From Lingula anatina (lineage: Eukaryota > Animalia > Brachiopoda), in assembly GCA_051362555.1 (NCBI GenBank), contig CM120640.1:44494788-44558787 (forward strand): DNA of 64,000 nucleotides. Reading direction: 5' to 3'. The translations under genes and the position numbers were made by a program. Positions 50,909-64,000 of this stretch are shown one piece after another (within the stretch, counting starts at the first letter, position 1; the number at the start of each line of letters is the position of its first letter). The notes beneath the pieces are model-generated. The model saw only the letters and a list, made by a program, of their open reading frames with translations, was not told the DNA's origin and did no database searches.

Positions 50909-53900
50909 AGTTCAACAGTTTTTTGTAAAAATTTAATTTTTCACATATTGGCATTTTCAAGGTGTGACTTTAAAGTTCCATGATCTTGAAGACTTTTGCT
51001 TGTCACATTTTCTGAATGTCCATGTTACTAATATTTTATTAATAACATTTGATTGTCATTATGCTGTTAAACATTATTTAATGTTGTATCAAAATTTGAA
51101 GAAACCCCTATTTTGGGCACTGCTCCTATGATGACCATTTAAGGGAAATCATGTCACTTACTGTTCTCAAACTTATAGGAAAGAAACATGGGACTATAAT
51201 ACAGCTTCAATAGGCAACGCAGTCTGTTTGGTAAATTTTTCTGGCAATTAAACAGTTTTTTGTAAAAATTTAATTTTTCACTTATTTCCATCTTTATTTT
51301 CTGTTCTTTGTCTGTACATTTGACAGCTTTGCTGCCTTGTTATATTTCTTTATTAATCATCTAGTATAGAAGTGAATATTAAATAGTGGCAGCTTTTGCT
51401 AATTGCATGGAAGGTATTTTAAACTTTGTTTGCATTATTTGTTCCTGTTCTAGGTGTATGCTACATTATCAGATATGATAAAACATGAAAATGGCAGTCA
51501 GGAAAAAATGATGCAGAGTATTAAGGATTTAGCTCAGCAACTATATATAAATGTAAGTGGTGCACTCTTTCAACTCAGATATGCCACTTTGCAATTCAGA
51601 TATATTGAAATGTTTACTTAGTGACAAATTTCTTATGCTTTAATTTGTTTAAACAAAGAATCACCAAAAATAGATTTTTTTTAAGTAGACATTGTTTACA
51701 GTAATATACATCAACCAAATCAATACACATATAGAAAACCTGGCAGAAAACTTACTAAATCAATATAAGTATAAAATATGTGATTAAATGCCATTTCATG
51801 CTGTTCCAGGAGCATCCGAATCCACAGCCGTATACGCAAAAAATCCCCAAGCCCCCAGAGGGCGCCTACTCCCGCATCCATCAGCCCCAGTTTCCTATCC
51901 TGGACTGGATCATGGTGCAGGAGATCATTGATGACGGGCTGGCCAAGAGTGGAATCAAGTCTAAGTAAGAGTCATTCTCCTCGGAATTTATTCATTTATA
52001 TATTTGTTGTTAATTGTTTTTGTGAATTTAGTGCATGCCCTGTAGTTTGCATCATTATTGATTCATTCTGGAATTGATTTTGGATGCAGTACATGAATTA
52101 ACAAATGGTTTAATCGTGATATTGTAGAAATTGGATATTTTCACAATTATTGAAAGGCTTTTGTCACATCTATCAGATTGGATTGATTTGTTTTCTATTG
52201 TATGGTATTGTATTTGTAGATTGTCCCAGATCCGGCCGCCCCAGCCTCGCATTGTGCCAATGGGTCCACATATCACCACTGTTGCAGAGAAGATGCAAAT
52301 GCTCAATAACAACGCCAGGAGACTGGAGGTCCTACGCAACTGTGTTAGCTGTATATTTGAAAACAAAATCTCAGATGCAAGGAAAGTAAGTAGCAAATTA
52401 AGAACACGAGAAGCTTGAGAAGGGATGTTCTTTATATAGACATAAGATATTACTTTCAAACTTGTGTCTCTTTTTTTGAAATGGTATTTTTTTTTTACAA
52501 AAATGATGTATTATGATATACTAAAACAAATGAGTTTGCTTGATTTTTCTTTCCTAGTTAGATTACCCGAAATTGCATATGATATTGTTTGTGTTCTGCG
52601 TCAGGTCTTCCCAGCAGTATTACGTGCCCTGAAGAGCAAGGTGTCCAGGCTTGCTTTGTGTCAAGAGTTAGCATATCATGTCCAAAGCAACAGAGCCATG
52701 CTAGAACACCAGCAGTTTGATTTAGTGGTCAGGCTGTTAAACTGTGCATTACAGGTATTTAAAGTTTTACCATTAGTGAAGCTTGTAAGTTGTAAAAAGT
52801 ATGTATTATTTATTTGATTACATGCCACAAATATAATTTACATGGCCCCATGTAATATGTTTGTTTCCTAATGCTGTTTTGATACTTCTATCTGTCATGC
52901 TACAAGTAGATATGTTGAGAAAATCCTCAAAAATGTGTGGTATGCTATGTAAAATTGCTTGTTGTGTTTCAGAATGAATCCAGTATGGATGAAAATGGTG
53001 TTGCTGCAGCCATGCTTCCTTTGGTTACTTCATTCTGCAGGGTGAGCATATTACAATGTAACTTTTTCCACTGATAAAAGTGGACAATCGTGTTGACAAA
53101 TTTGTACAAAGATTTAATATGTGATTATATTTTAGAATGGATGCATTCCCAACTTGTCTTTCAAATTACAAAACAGAATGTTATTTATCTCACCCCATAG
53201 GAAAAAAAAAAGATTTTTTACAGCTAATCCTAGTGTTTGTCAACGGGACACTTCACTGTGTCACTTCTTTCAATTTATGGCTGTGGTTTTACAGAAACTC
53301 TGCACAGGAGTAATCCAGTTTGCCTACACATGTGTACAAGAGCATGCAGTGTGGGCCAACCACCAGTTTTGGGAGGCCACATTCTACCAGGACGTCCAGA
53401 GGCAGATCAGGCAGCTCTACGCACCACAGTATGAACAAGAACACAGCGCTGACAAACTGAGCCCTCCTGCCAGTCCCACCACAGAGGTCTGTACTCACAA
53501 CAAATAGTTGATCGTTTGTTATTTAGATCCGCTGTTTTTAAAACAAAGTTGTAGGTCTGGTATGAGCTTGTTATTTGCTTGAACCAATTGTATATATGTT
53601 AACCAAAAGTATAATAAAGGGCTTGGATGGTTTAAACTGAAAATGTGCCCTTTGAGTTGGCCAATTATTTTTTTTTATGACACAAGTATTCCAGAGTTTT
53701 GATAAACATAGAATATTTCAGAAAAAAAGCATAAGATGAAAAATTCAAATTTATTATGTGTGGTATATTAATATATATGTAAATTGCTTATAGTGAAATG
53801 GACTTGGCAGAATACATTTGGGGTATAGGTGTAAAACTTTATTCAATTTCAATTTCTGATTCAGGGTACTGAGTTGAGTAGTAGCTGGGGAGCCACTGGC

Positions 53901-56900
53901 TCATGGAAGGGCTCCCCAATGGATCCCAGGCGGCGGTCTATTACAAACATGAAATATCTCAAGCCTAAAGAAGTCAATGCTTTAGAAATAGCTGCTGAAC
54001 AGGTATGTTGATATGTGGAAAGATTGGAATATTATCCTGAAAATTATTTTAAGATTTAATGACGTTGATATTTTATATTTTCCCTCCAAGTATGCACCAT
54101 GTTCGTAAAATGTGTGCCTTTTAGGAGATGTTTGAGAAATAAAAAATAAACCCTGAAAGTTTTTATTGTATTATAGACACAAAACCCCTTTTAAACTGAA
54201 TCAGCAAATGTACTTCTACACACTTGTTATGATACTAAAATTGTTATATTGTAATTATATACATTTGTAATGTAAGTGTATATGACAAGATACTTGTACT
54301 GTCATGTTGCACATTGTTTTACTTTGGCAATGAGCAGTTGACTTCATGATTTGTTTAAACCAGTCAAAAACATCCTTTGGTTTTTATCAAAATGCCTCCA
54401 GTTATTTAGCATGAGCATAAATGTTTTCTTCAAATTATTTCACTTTTAAGATGTTTTTTTGCTTAATTTGTTTCTTTCAATTTGATTCTGCAAAATCAGG
54501 GACTTCTCTTTGTTGAATACTAATCAATGATTCTTCAATTTACCTTTTCCTGTTAAGATGGCAAAATGCTACGACCCCCAGGTAGATAGACTTGAGCATA
54601 GAGTGTACTTAATTTGGATGACTAATAACTTGACTGCACAGGAATTATCTCAAAAAAAGACAACTTTTGAAAAAAATTATAGTTTTTATTTTAAGTCGAG
54701 GTAACAGTTATGGCAATGAGCTTATTCTTCACATTTTAATTTGACCAAATTGTGAGCATCTTTCTAGTGAAGAAAAAAATCAGAATTAGCCACGAAATGA
54801 TATTTGAGAAGATTCCTGTGAAAAGTTATGTCCAAAAACTAAGTTAATTTCTGTAGTAGCCATGTTTAAGTTTGTTGTGGAAGTGACTTCTTGAGTTTTT
54901 GTTCAACTAGTCTAGACAGATGATATGTGGCCATCATAAAAAAATTAAATTGGGTAACGTTGACAGCCAGTTAAATATAAAAGTATTTAAGGTGTTTCCC
55001 ACTCTGACTGTTACATGTATGTATGTTGACCCCAAATTATGAAAGTTGGAGTTACAAATTTCAAAGATGCAAACAAATTCTTTTGAAGGACATTCTGTTG
55101 AAAATGCCAAGTAAGGCGGTTGTTTGCTAATCATCTTTTTAAACATTTGTAAATTGCACTATTCAGATCAGCACTATATTTTAAGTGAAAACTTTAAAAA
55201 AAACTACCTATTACATAATTAAATACCTATAATATACTATATACTTGTGTTGGATTTACAGATGTAACCTGTTCAGTACACTGGGTCACTCTGCACTGAA
55301 TGAAAGTTTACTGATATAAAAAGTTGTTTTAAAGATAATGCCTTATTTTTAAAGATAAAAAACATACGTTTTCTCTTTACAAATGATTTACTTTTTTATA
55401 ATCACTACACTAGAGACAATGAAAAACCTATTCCCATGCAATAGGTATATTCATGTATTTCAATCAAGTTATTTATCTTCCTATGTTTGACTGACTGTCC
55501 ATAACAAATGTATGTTATGTTCTAATTTGAATATCATTAAAATGAATCTTTTCTATATCTGCATAACTCTCTTGATATTAAAAAACTTACTTGAATGAGT
55601 AATGGGAGAATTTTGTTTATGTATTTATTTAAAAGATTCTGCCTGTTATTTTTTAAAATCAGAAAATGCAATAACTTGTTTGATAGAAATTGTTTTGGTA
55701 CTAGTGAAGGATGCGATTTGGTGGTGTGTGTGCTGTTAGAATTTTTTTTTATAAAGTGGCTGTTGTCATACCTTGCAGCTAGACAGTTAAAATAATTTCC
55801 TTGATAAGCATGAAAAAACTACTAAACCTAATTTCTGAGATTTATAAGCTGTACATGCACATTTTGAATGATTCATTTTCATACAAAAAGTCTGGATTTA
55901 ATATATTATTAAAACAAAAATCTGCATTGCATGCATATTTTCTAATGGTGGCATTTGCATGTGAGATAGAAATCTGTATTTTTTCTCTTAAAGCAAAACT
56001 TATCTTATTTTATTAAATCTTTTTTATTAGTAAAATATTTTTTCTTAAGAAAAACACAAGTAACATCCTCTTGTATCAAAATAACACTTTTTAATTTTTA
56101 TTGTTGTAATTATTGCTGTAGCCATTTGTGTAGATTAAGCCATGTATACAATTCTTGCACTAGATGTTGCTATATATGTGTCACTTTAACTGTTGTGTTT
56201 GCCAGACAGTGTCTCTGAAACTGAGTTCAATGTATCACAAGGCTTTCAGTAAAAATGAAAAGTCATGTCTGTTTGTTGATTTCAGCACCAGTTGAATGTC
56301 ACAGTAGTATGTGTTCAGAGTATGAGAAGTACATTCCTTGATTCTCTTTGTAGAAACAATTTTATGATCATACTGTACACATTTCACAAACCCCGTCCTA
56401 AAGTACATTGCCTATGGATATAGAAATAACTTTCCTTCCATTCGTCACACAAAATTTTGTGATATTACATAATCAGAGCACAATTAGCCTTAAGTCAAAT
56501 GCCAAATAAAAAATATGTTTAGTGCAGCATACTCACTGTCAATTATTTTGTCTGGCTGGCACTTCTTATGCATATGTTTATAATAATATATATATTTTTG
56601 TAAATGTCTAAAAAATTGTCACCTCAACCACGAACATCTCTTTCCTTTTAGCTGAGAAAATGGCCCAATCTTTCCGAGTCAGAGAAGGAAGAGATGATCA
56701 ACAATGAAGAATCTACAGTGTACAGTCAGGCCATTCACTACGCCAACAGAATGGTGTATATGCGGGTGCCCCTGGACGTGACGCGGGGGGCAAACCTTCA
56801 CTTTGGTGCAGACTGGGAGAGTGCAAGCAACAGTAATATAACAAATAGGTCAGTATGATGATTGTGGTGATTAGTTGTTAAAAAATTTTATGCATAATTT

Positions 56901-59900
56901 AAATGTGTTAGATTTGTTTTAATGTTCCATTGATTTTGTTAGTTGTATGTTTAATTATACTGATGCTTTAAACCAAAAAAAAATTTTAATCACTAGAAAT
57001 TTTGTGTAATTTATATGTTTGTGTTATGAGTCACACAGATTATTAACATTCTGGTATCTTTTCTTTATATAGTCATGTTCAAAGAAAGGACCACTTCTAT
57101 TCTTCCAGTATTGCTGAAAGTGACAGCGTGGATGCGGAAAGTGGGTTTGACGAGCAAGAAATCTCAGAAGTGGGTGCTAACGTGGTGAAATTTGTTAGTC
57201 GTTTTGTGGACAAAGTGTGTACAGAGAGTGGTGTGACTGCTGACCATATCAGGTCACTACACCAGATGATCCCTGGGGTGGTGGCTATGCATATAGAGAC
57301 ACTAGAGGCAGTGGCCAGGGAGAGCAAGAGACTACCACCCATTCAAAAGGTACGCTAGTGTTGTGCAACTTAAGATGTAGATCTGGATTTTTAACCAAAG
57401 AAAATTTGTGGAATAATTGTTATACTTTGAAATAACAGTTCAAGAAATATGGGTTTGTAAATTAACATGATGTTGTTTTTAGATTTTGAGTTGTTGGAAC
57501 CAGTGGAAATATTTAGAAATACATTTCTGCAAAGAAAATTTAAATCAGGAATGTTATTTCTAAGAAAAAAAAAAAACTTAAATATTACAACAAAACTATT
57601 ATTTATGTGAAACCTCTATCTTTTTGCAGCCAAAGATTCTCACTCCCACCTTGCTCCCTGGAGAAGAAATCGTCATGGAAGGATTGCGTGTATATCTGCT
57701 GCCTGATGGTAGGGAAGAAGCAACAGGGGGCAGCACAGGAGGCCCCGCTCTCATACCAGCAGAGGGCGCCATCTTCCTTACCACTTATAGAATCATCTTT
57801 AAAGGAACACCTTGTGATCCTTTGGGTAGGTTTTAAAAAAGGTTATGCAAAGTCACCTAAGTGAATATTAATAATTATAATATACCCACAATGTTATCAG
57901 TAGTCATTCAACAGATTCCATGTATGACTGAATGAAAAGGAAAAATGATATGAATATCAGCTACATTGTTTTGGCCAAGGAATTGATGATTTTTGATAGT
58001 ATTCCAAAGTAAGTTGACAAAATACACAGGATTTCATATGATAAATAAGTTAACAATAATGATTATAATGTTGCTTCCAGCCTGTGAACAGATAGTGGTA
58101 CGCTACTTCCCTGTGTCTACGTTAACCAAAGAGAAGAAGCTGAGCTCCCAGTACTTGTCTTATGTTGACCAGTACCTACAGGAGATCATACAGATGAGGG
58201 CAAACACATTCCAGGTAGGGAAATATGGCTTCTGTAAAATATAACAACATTGAAAACATATATTTTATTTAATTGTTTCATTGTAGAAAAGCAGTTGTTA
58301 TGATGGGTGTGTGCAATTTTGAGGAAAGTGAAGATACTTAAGAGGTGTCCGTGTTTGGCACTGTCATGGAAGTTCAAGATTGTATTTACACCATAGTCAG
58401 AAATTTTTATTGTATATTTGTATATTTACTTATTTATTTATTGGTATCCATCCAAATGTTAAACATCATTTAGCAACAGGTCAGATGTTACAAATGCATT
58501 GACTTTCTTACTCTTCAGTTGATGAAAGTGGGGTTTGATGAGGAGGTCAGTTCAGAAGATGTGGAGACATTTCGCAAGTTGACCAGCAAGATTCGCAGTC
58601 CAATCTCTGTGTTCAGCACTTTTGCATTCTCTGGCTATCAGTTTGCCCAACCAGCCCAACTCATCAAGCACAAAGAAAAACATGCATCGTTAAAGTAAGT
58701 GGAAATGCTGTTTTTGATTTAAGGCTGTCTATTTAATAGAATATTGAAAACTAAAATTGTGCTTATTGTGGAGTGGTAAAGGTATTTTCCAATAAAATAG
58801 AGCAATGAATCAAAACAGTGTCTTAAATTGGAAAGACAAATAACCTTTTGCCAAAATTTCTTTTGCAGGGGCTTTGCCAAAAAGACACTAATGAAGACAG
58901 CCAGGAAAGCAGGTCTAGCTAAGCCAAAGTCAGCTTCAACTTCACAAAGAAAGCAGAAGTACATCCTGCCCACACCACCACCATCTCGGCGCAGTACAGC
59001 CTCTTTGGATAGTATGGACTCAGACAGCAGGCCAGCCAGTGGTGTGTTTGATGATGAGTCATGTGAGTAGCCTGTAGATTCAGAGCTGGACCTCTCCTGA
59101 CCTTCACCTTGACCCAGTCCCTGTGGTTTCATTGACCTTGACCTAGATTTCTTTTTAAATTCCAGTCTTTGGTACCTTCACTAAACTCACAGCTTTATCT
59201 GTTATCTTTTCTTGACTGCTTATTTGAAAAGAAATTGAAAACTGCTTGTGCTTTGCAGGTTTTTTTAGCTCTTTCTAGGTTCACAGTAGCACTTAGAATC
59301 TTTACCAGATGTCAATAATTGATGCTTTTATTAATTTACTTTTCATCCTCTGTGTGATTGGCTTTAAATAAGAGATGTTGGGGTGTTATGATTACCAGTT
59401 GAAATCAGATTGAGTCTTTTGACTATGCTTTAGAACTGTCACTTTTCATTTAGATGTTAATCACTCTTGTCATCTTAGATACTATTTGACAATTTTTTTA
59501 GATGTAACTTTTTATATCTGTGATTGTATTATTTGATTATCTAATTAAATTACTTTCATTGGTTTGTCTTTCACGAGTATGGACATGTAGACTAAAAAGG
59601 TTTCCTTTCAGAGATTTCATAAAATTTGTTTAACCATGTTTGTAGACTAACCAAATTAACCTAATTTTGATATACGGCATTCTTTTGACCAAGTCTACAA
59701 TTAACTTCCAAAGAAAAGCCAAATATTGAAACAACAGTAGAACAACCTCTTTATTTTAGAGCTCATATGTAGTGTTTAGAACCCATTTCCATTTATGTGA
59801 TTTAGTGTTGCACAGCATGTTGTTCTTCCTTCACTCCACCCTCCCTATTGGTGTCTTGTCTTGGTGCAGGTATATCAGGTAGTGAGCTCAGGCTGCTGGA

Positions 59901-62724
59901 ATACGGGCGGACTTACATGATGATTTGGTTTTCACACTCAGTTTATAGCACCTATGTAAACTTCTGCTATTTTTCTGAAATTAGCATAAACGTAATTTGT
60001 GGAGAAAATCCAAATTATTGATCACCTAGTCTCTATTTAAACTAAAATTTTATTGAATTGATGATTTGTTTTTGGGAAAAGTCAGAATTCTGAATTGATT
60101 TTATTAGCACTGATTATTGGATATAAAATTTAATATTCAAGTTCACAGGTGTTATATATCTGAGGTGTGGAAACTAATGATCAGATCAACTGTTAGAAAT
60201 GAATAGCAAAATTATTTTGTACTAAATTACCATGCTAATTTTACACTGAAATATAAATATGTTAAGTTGTTCATGCTGTTCATTGCTGTTGAATCATGCT
60301 TTATAAGAAATGCTACATAAATTGTGCATGTATAACTTTGTATTGAACCAAGTGGCACTGAGATAAAATCTTATTATTCACTGGCAGGTATCAACCTGGA
60401 TGTTTTACCTTTAAATTATTTTAAATATCTCATCAGTGGCAAGGATGTTTTTACTGTTAATTGCTAAACTATTTGCTACTTAAAAGCTTTTGCATACAGT
60501 TGAAAACTGAAGGTTTTAGGTTCTGATTCTGAATAGTTGTCAATTATTGTATTTTCAGTAGATTTGGGCTGGTATTTTTCCATACTTCTTGTCATTTAGT
60601 TTTATAGCTATCTTGTCATTCTATCTATAGATTGCAAATCTAGTAGCACATTACTTGCTTTTGTGTCATTGGTGATGAGATAGCAAAGGGATTAGATTGG
60701 CTGTCTGTAGTTAGAAATCCTAACTGCTAAGTTAGAATTGCCCATCTCTATGGGAAATGGACCTTTATATGGCATGATTAGAATACTTATTATTCTGCTT
60801 CATTATCTGCCAGTAATGGATGAGAACGAACCAGTTATGTCATGGACCCCAGACCCCAAGAACCTGGAGCGGCTTGGAGAGAGGGCTGGGTATAAAGACT
60901 ACCAGAGACTGGGCCTGGGAAGTCTAAACTTTAACAGTGCCAAGTCTAAAACTGAACCTTTTCGGATCACCACAGTCAATGCCACATATTCTGTGTGTAG
61001 GAGGTAAGTTTTTAGGTTGTTGTGGGAAAGGTAGGGTGAAGAATGGGTGTTTATTGGTTACAAATTGAATAAATACCCACTTCACTTATTGCAAAAAAAA
61101 AGGGGAAAAAAATTTTCAGATTTACCAATTTTTTTATAACAGACATTTTTAAGTTGAACCTTTGTTGCTTTTCACAACTTTAAAATCAGAATTTTTCCAT
61201 GTATTGCTAACAAAACTTTTGTGAGGGATATAGTAAATTTTGGTCGAATTTAGTGGTTGCTATACAGTACTTGAATCATGTCTTCTTATTCTTAAATTTG
61301 AAATACTATTATATGTATTTACTAGACAGATTGCAATATCCAAACATATATAATCATAAAATTTACAGAGGTATATCAAATCAAGTTAAGTACATATGTT
61401 CTGGTCCATGTGTTTTAAGTTATACATGTATTTCCAGCTACCCAGCAATGCTAGTGGTACCACAGACAGTGTCTGATGACAGTATACGGAAGTTTGCCAG
61501 GAGTCATAGGCAGTACAGGTACATGACAAAGAAGTTTTTTTAATGGAAATTCATACATTTATGAGGAGCCTTTTCCACTAAATTTTAATCAGTTTCTACT
61601 GTCTTGGTGTCATGATTACATTTTTGTGCCATCATGTGGCAGTCATACACGGCCTAAACTTACCAAAAACCAAGACTAAACTGATGGTTTTATACCCCAG
61701 GACAGGCACTTATATACCTAGGTTTGTTTATGGGGAATATTTACTACTGGATAAAAATAATTCTCACTGTAATAATCTTTCATTTTGTTGAAATGGCTTT
61801 CACATGTTTTATCTTAAGATACTTTATTCATGTAGGTTTCCTGTGGTGTCATGGTATCATCCAAAAACCAAAGCTCTCTTACTCCGTGCCAGTGGCTTTC
61901 ACAGCAAAGGCATGATGGGAATGTTCAAGTCTCATCACAATGCACCCTCAGGTAGTAGTTGCCACAAATAGGCAACCTGAAATTAAATAACATAACTGTT
62001 TAATTCATATATTATTAGATCAAACATCAACCTTTAATTTTATTTTTAAATGACACATTATAGTGAATGTAATAACCTTTGTAATTCAATAAGATGAAGA
62101 TAATTCATTATCTTCCGTCATCAGCTATATTGATATTTTTGTCCTCTAATATTTCAGTGGCTATCAGATTATAGTTTTGTTTTTATCTTAGTCATAAATG
62201 AAGAAGAATGGAATGAAATGTTTCATGAACTTTAGTTTATTCACGCCAAACCTTGTGTGCATATTAGAGCTGATAATTGTGAATGATTAATTCACACACC
62301 CAGGAGTACAGGGAGTATCCTCCTCAGGGAGATTAGATTAATGCAAGTTTGAATACATCCATAATAGTCAGATATACATATGATAATTGCAAATCTTTCT
62401 AGTCTTGCTTATTGAGGAAATCTGACTTTAATAAAGCTAACCTTGACCTTTTGATCTTTATTCCAGGAACCTCGGGCGAAATCACGTCCACCAGTGTGGA
62501 GCAGGAGAAGTACTTCCATGCCATAGTGCAGTGCACTCCAATGGGTAATCTTCAACATCAACAACAAAGTCACAACAAATCTCTCAGCGATTCGCTGACC
62601 AGTATTGACTCTCTGATGCTGTCCACTGACACACTAGCGCTACCTGATACACCTTCTCTGTCTCGCAAGAATCCTATCGCTCGTGCCGTCAATAGCTTGC
62701 GCAGTAGTGGCGGGAAAGTCAAAT
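32988..62724 (+). CDS. SBF2: SET-binding factor / myotubularin-related pseudophosphatase (SBF1/SBF2, MTMR5/13-like), 3'-truncated by the window edge
   Basis: Exons 32988-33042, 44061-44146, 45698-45949, 46198-46300, 46563-46679, 46879-47011, 47368-47476, 47706-47819, 48216-48293, 48499-48612, 48856-48984, 51454-51552, 51810-51964, 52220-52385, 52605-52754, 52973-53041, 53295-53486, 53865-54002, 56652-56848, 57109-57349, 57630-57825, 58081-58214, 58519-58694, 58869-59062, (59870-59878), 60814-61003, 61438-61518, 61836-61951, 62467-62724. Hallmarks are [24 protein letters not shown] and FCQPTGW (DENN), LLPGEE...[15 protein letters not shown] (GRAM), and DYQRLGLG...SYPAMLVVP (start of the myotubularin domain). 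An invertebrate gene is likely co-orthologous to both SBF1 and SBF2. Confidence 0.95.
41538..41568. repeat. (CT)n microsatellite
   Basis: Visible dinucleotide run with one interruption, in SBF intron 1. Confidence 0.9.
44769..44810. repeat. (AC)n microsatellite
   Basis: About 20 perfect AC units in SBF intron 2. Confidence 0.95.
45178..45425 (+). mobile_element. Possible degenerate tRNA-derived SINE remnant
   Basis: A-box-like TAGCTCAAGTAG, a degenerate B-box-like GGGTTAGGTACCC, then a TATACCAGAG...TAAAAAATGATAGT core and an A-rich tail. Heavily diverged. Confidence 0.3.
49404..50200 (+). repeat. Satellite-like tandem array: three 161-bp units followed by two related 143-bp variant units
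   Basis: ACCGATAACACGATAAGTGG at 49404, 49565 and 49726, degenerate at ~49887. GGCCAATTGTAATTATACTCACAGG at 49917 and 50060. Both unit types share ACGCAGGT..AGTTCGAAAATCAGCAT. Confidence 0.9.
50575..51285 (+). repeat. Two ~373-bp direct repeats, the first containing a ~50-nt poly-T tract
   Basis: TTGGCATTTTCAAGG at ~50575 and ~50948, with shared GAAACCCCTATTTTGGGCACTGCT and CATGTCACTTACTGTTCTCAAACTTA blocks. Poly-T at ~50856-50906. Confidence 0.9.
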
Positions 62725-64000
62725 GTAAGCATGGCTGCATGGTTGTGGAAATTGAGCAACCAGTGATGATTATTAGGAAGAGACTAGTTTGTAGTTCAGT
62801 CCTGTCCTTGTTCTGTCCACCCCAATCCCCCCCCTTTCCCAATAGAGAGAAATTATCCCATTATGTTTGATAGCTGTTTGATAAGAATAGGAGAGGACCA
62901 TGCCAAACTGATACGAAGATGGTTTGAATTTTTTTCTGTCCTGAAATTGAAAAGAAACAAATTCCATGCTCACCCTAAAAATTTTAAAGACTTGATTTAA
63001 CTTTGAAGTATGCCGCACATGCACCACATTTGACAAGAGTGGTTGTTTTGATTGCCTGACTTAAGAGTTCAACAAAGAGTCAGTATTGGTTTGCTGTGAC
63101 CGTGCTTCACTAACCTGCACAGTGGATTTAGGGTTGGGAACTCGCTATTTCACTTTATTATTTTTTTTTCCTGTGCAGGGAAATTCGATGTATTTATGTT
63201 GTCTAACTTTCCTCTTTTCTCTCACATTGGTGATTGTTTTTTGTGTATTTTTCAACTTTTTCTCTAAGCTAATGCACAATTTTTTAAAAACATTAGTCAC
63301 TTAATTGGTCACATGGTTCTATCAAAATGAAATTTTGGTAATTACTAGTATGTTGTGTGCCAGGTTTGAGGAATAGAAATAACCTGAGATTTCATATTTT
63401 GTTTACAAAACTGACCAAATTTTCATAATGGGAGGTAAAATTTAATTTTTGAGTTAACAAACATTCTTCCAAATCTAAGATAATGTTTAATAAGATAATC
63501 TTACATTTTAACTTAAAATATTATTTAGTAGATGTCATTTCTTCACTCACTTGGCTGGCCCTCACATCTTAGTTTTATTTGTTTCATGTTTTTAGTATTT
63601 GGGTGTGGTGATGTTTTTGCCAACCACTTTGTGCTTTTTCTGTTAAAAAAAATAGATCCATTGTGTCAATGTTAGATAATGTTGAAAAATAGAAGAATAA
63701 GTAGTCACAGATAATACATAGCACATCAGTAATTTGTACATAATTGTGAATAATAATGTATAGAAATGCATGTTAGATGTAGAATCATGTGTAATTGAAA
63801 TAATTAAAGACAGGTGATTTAGTATACAGTATAGCTCTAAGTGGTTGGTGAGTATAATGTTATAATGTAAATACCATGTATCTCACCTGCTACTACCTGT
63901 GGTGGTGGTGACTGGTCAGTGTTATTTATGTAGTCTATGTATATAGCAGTGTGAGCTAGGTGTGATATTTCTATATAACAGTCCATAGTGGGCGTTATAT

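Larger units (their letters stand above)
49311..51341 (+). mobile_element. Helentron-associated (HINE/DINE-1-like) non-autonomous element with internal tandem arrays
   Basis: T-rich insertion site. 5' subTIR ATGTACAGACA (49317-49327) with adjacent inverted copy TGTCTGTACAT (49334-49344). (GTC/GCC) microsatellite ~49360-49395. Tandem core repeats. 3' subTIR TGTCTGTACAT (51309-51319) followed by short hairpin GACAGC-TTT-GCTGCC and CTTGTT end. Confidence 0.8.

Overview
AT-rich eukaryotic genomic DNA from an invertebrate, probably a mollusc or other lophotrochozoan (inferred from repeat types and intron style). It holds three spliced genes. (1) A complete 6-exon RPL12 gene on + (15907-17870) with a TCT/5'TOP start. 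(2) A 12-exon gene on - (32530-20697, about 1829 aa) with three C2H2 fingers of matrin/U1 spacing, a 3.76-kb exon carrying 13 copies of a Tyr/Phe-rich ~31-35 aa repeat I do not recognise, and a helical C-terminus. (3) An SBF1/SBF2 (MTMR5/13)-like DENN-GRAM-myotubularin gene on +, head-to-head with gene 2, starting at 32988 and running off the window. The left 15 kb holds two nearly identical, inverted ~3-kb non-autonomous DNA transposons (CCC...GGG ends, 2-bp TSDs, CMC/EnSpm-like). Each carries an older, internally deleted Gypsy-like LTR element (LTR, tRNA-Ser PBS, gag and protease relics, PPT, LTR). There is also a Helentron/HINE-like element with nested tandem arrays, a Harbinger-like MITE and a fold-back element. 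Most short ORFs in the track are spurious. Exon boundaries were read by eye from GT-AG sites and frame continuity, and no database searches were run.
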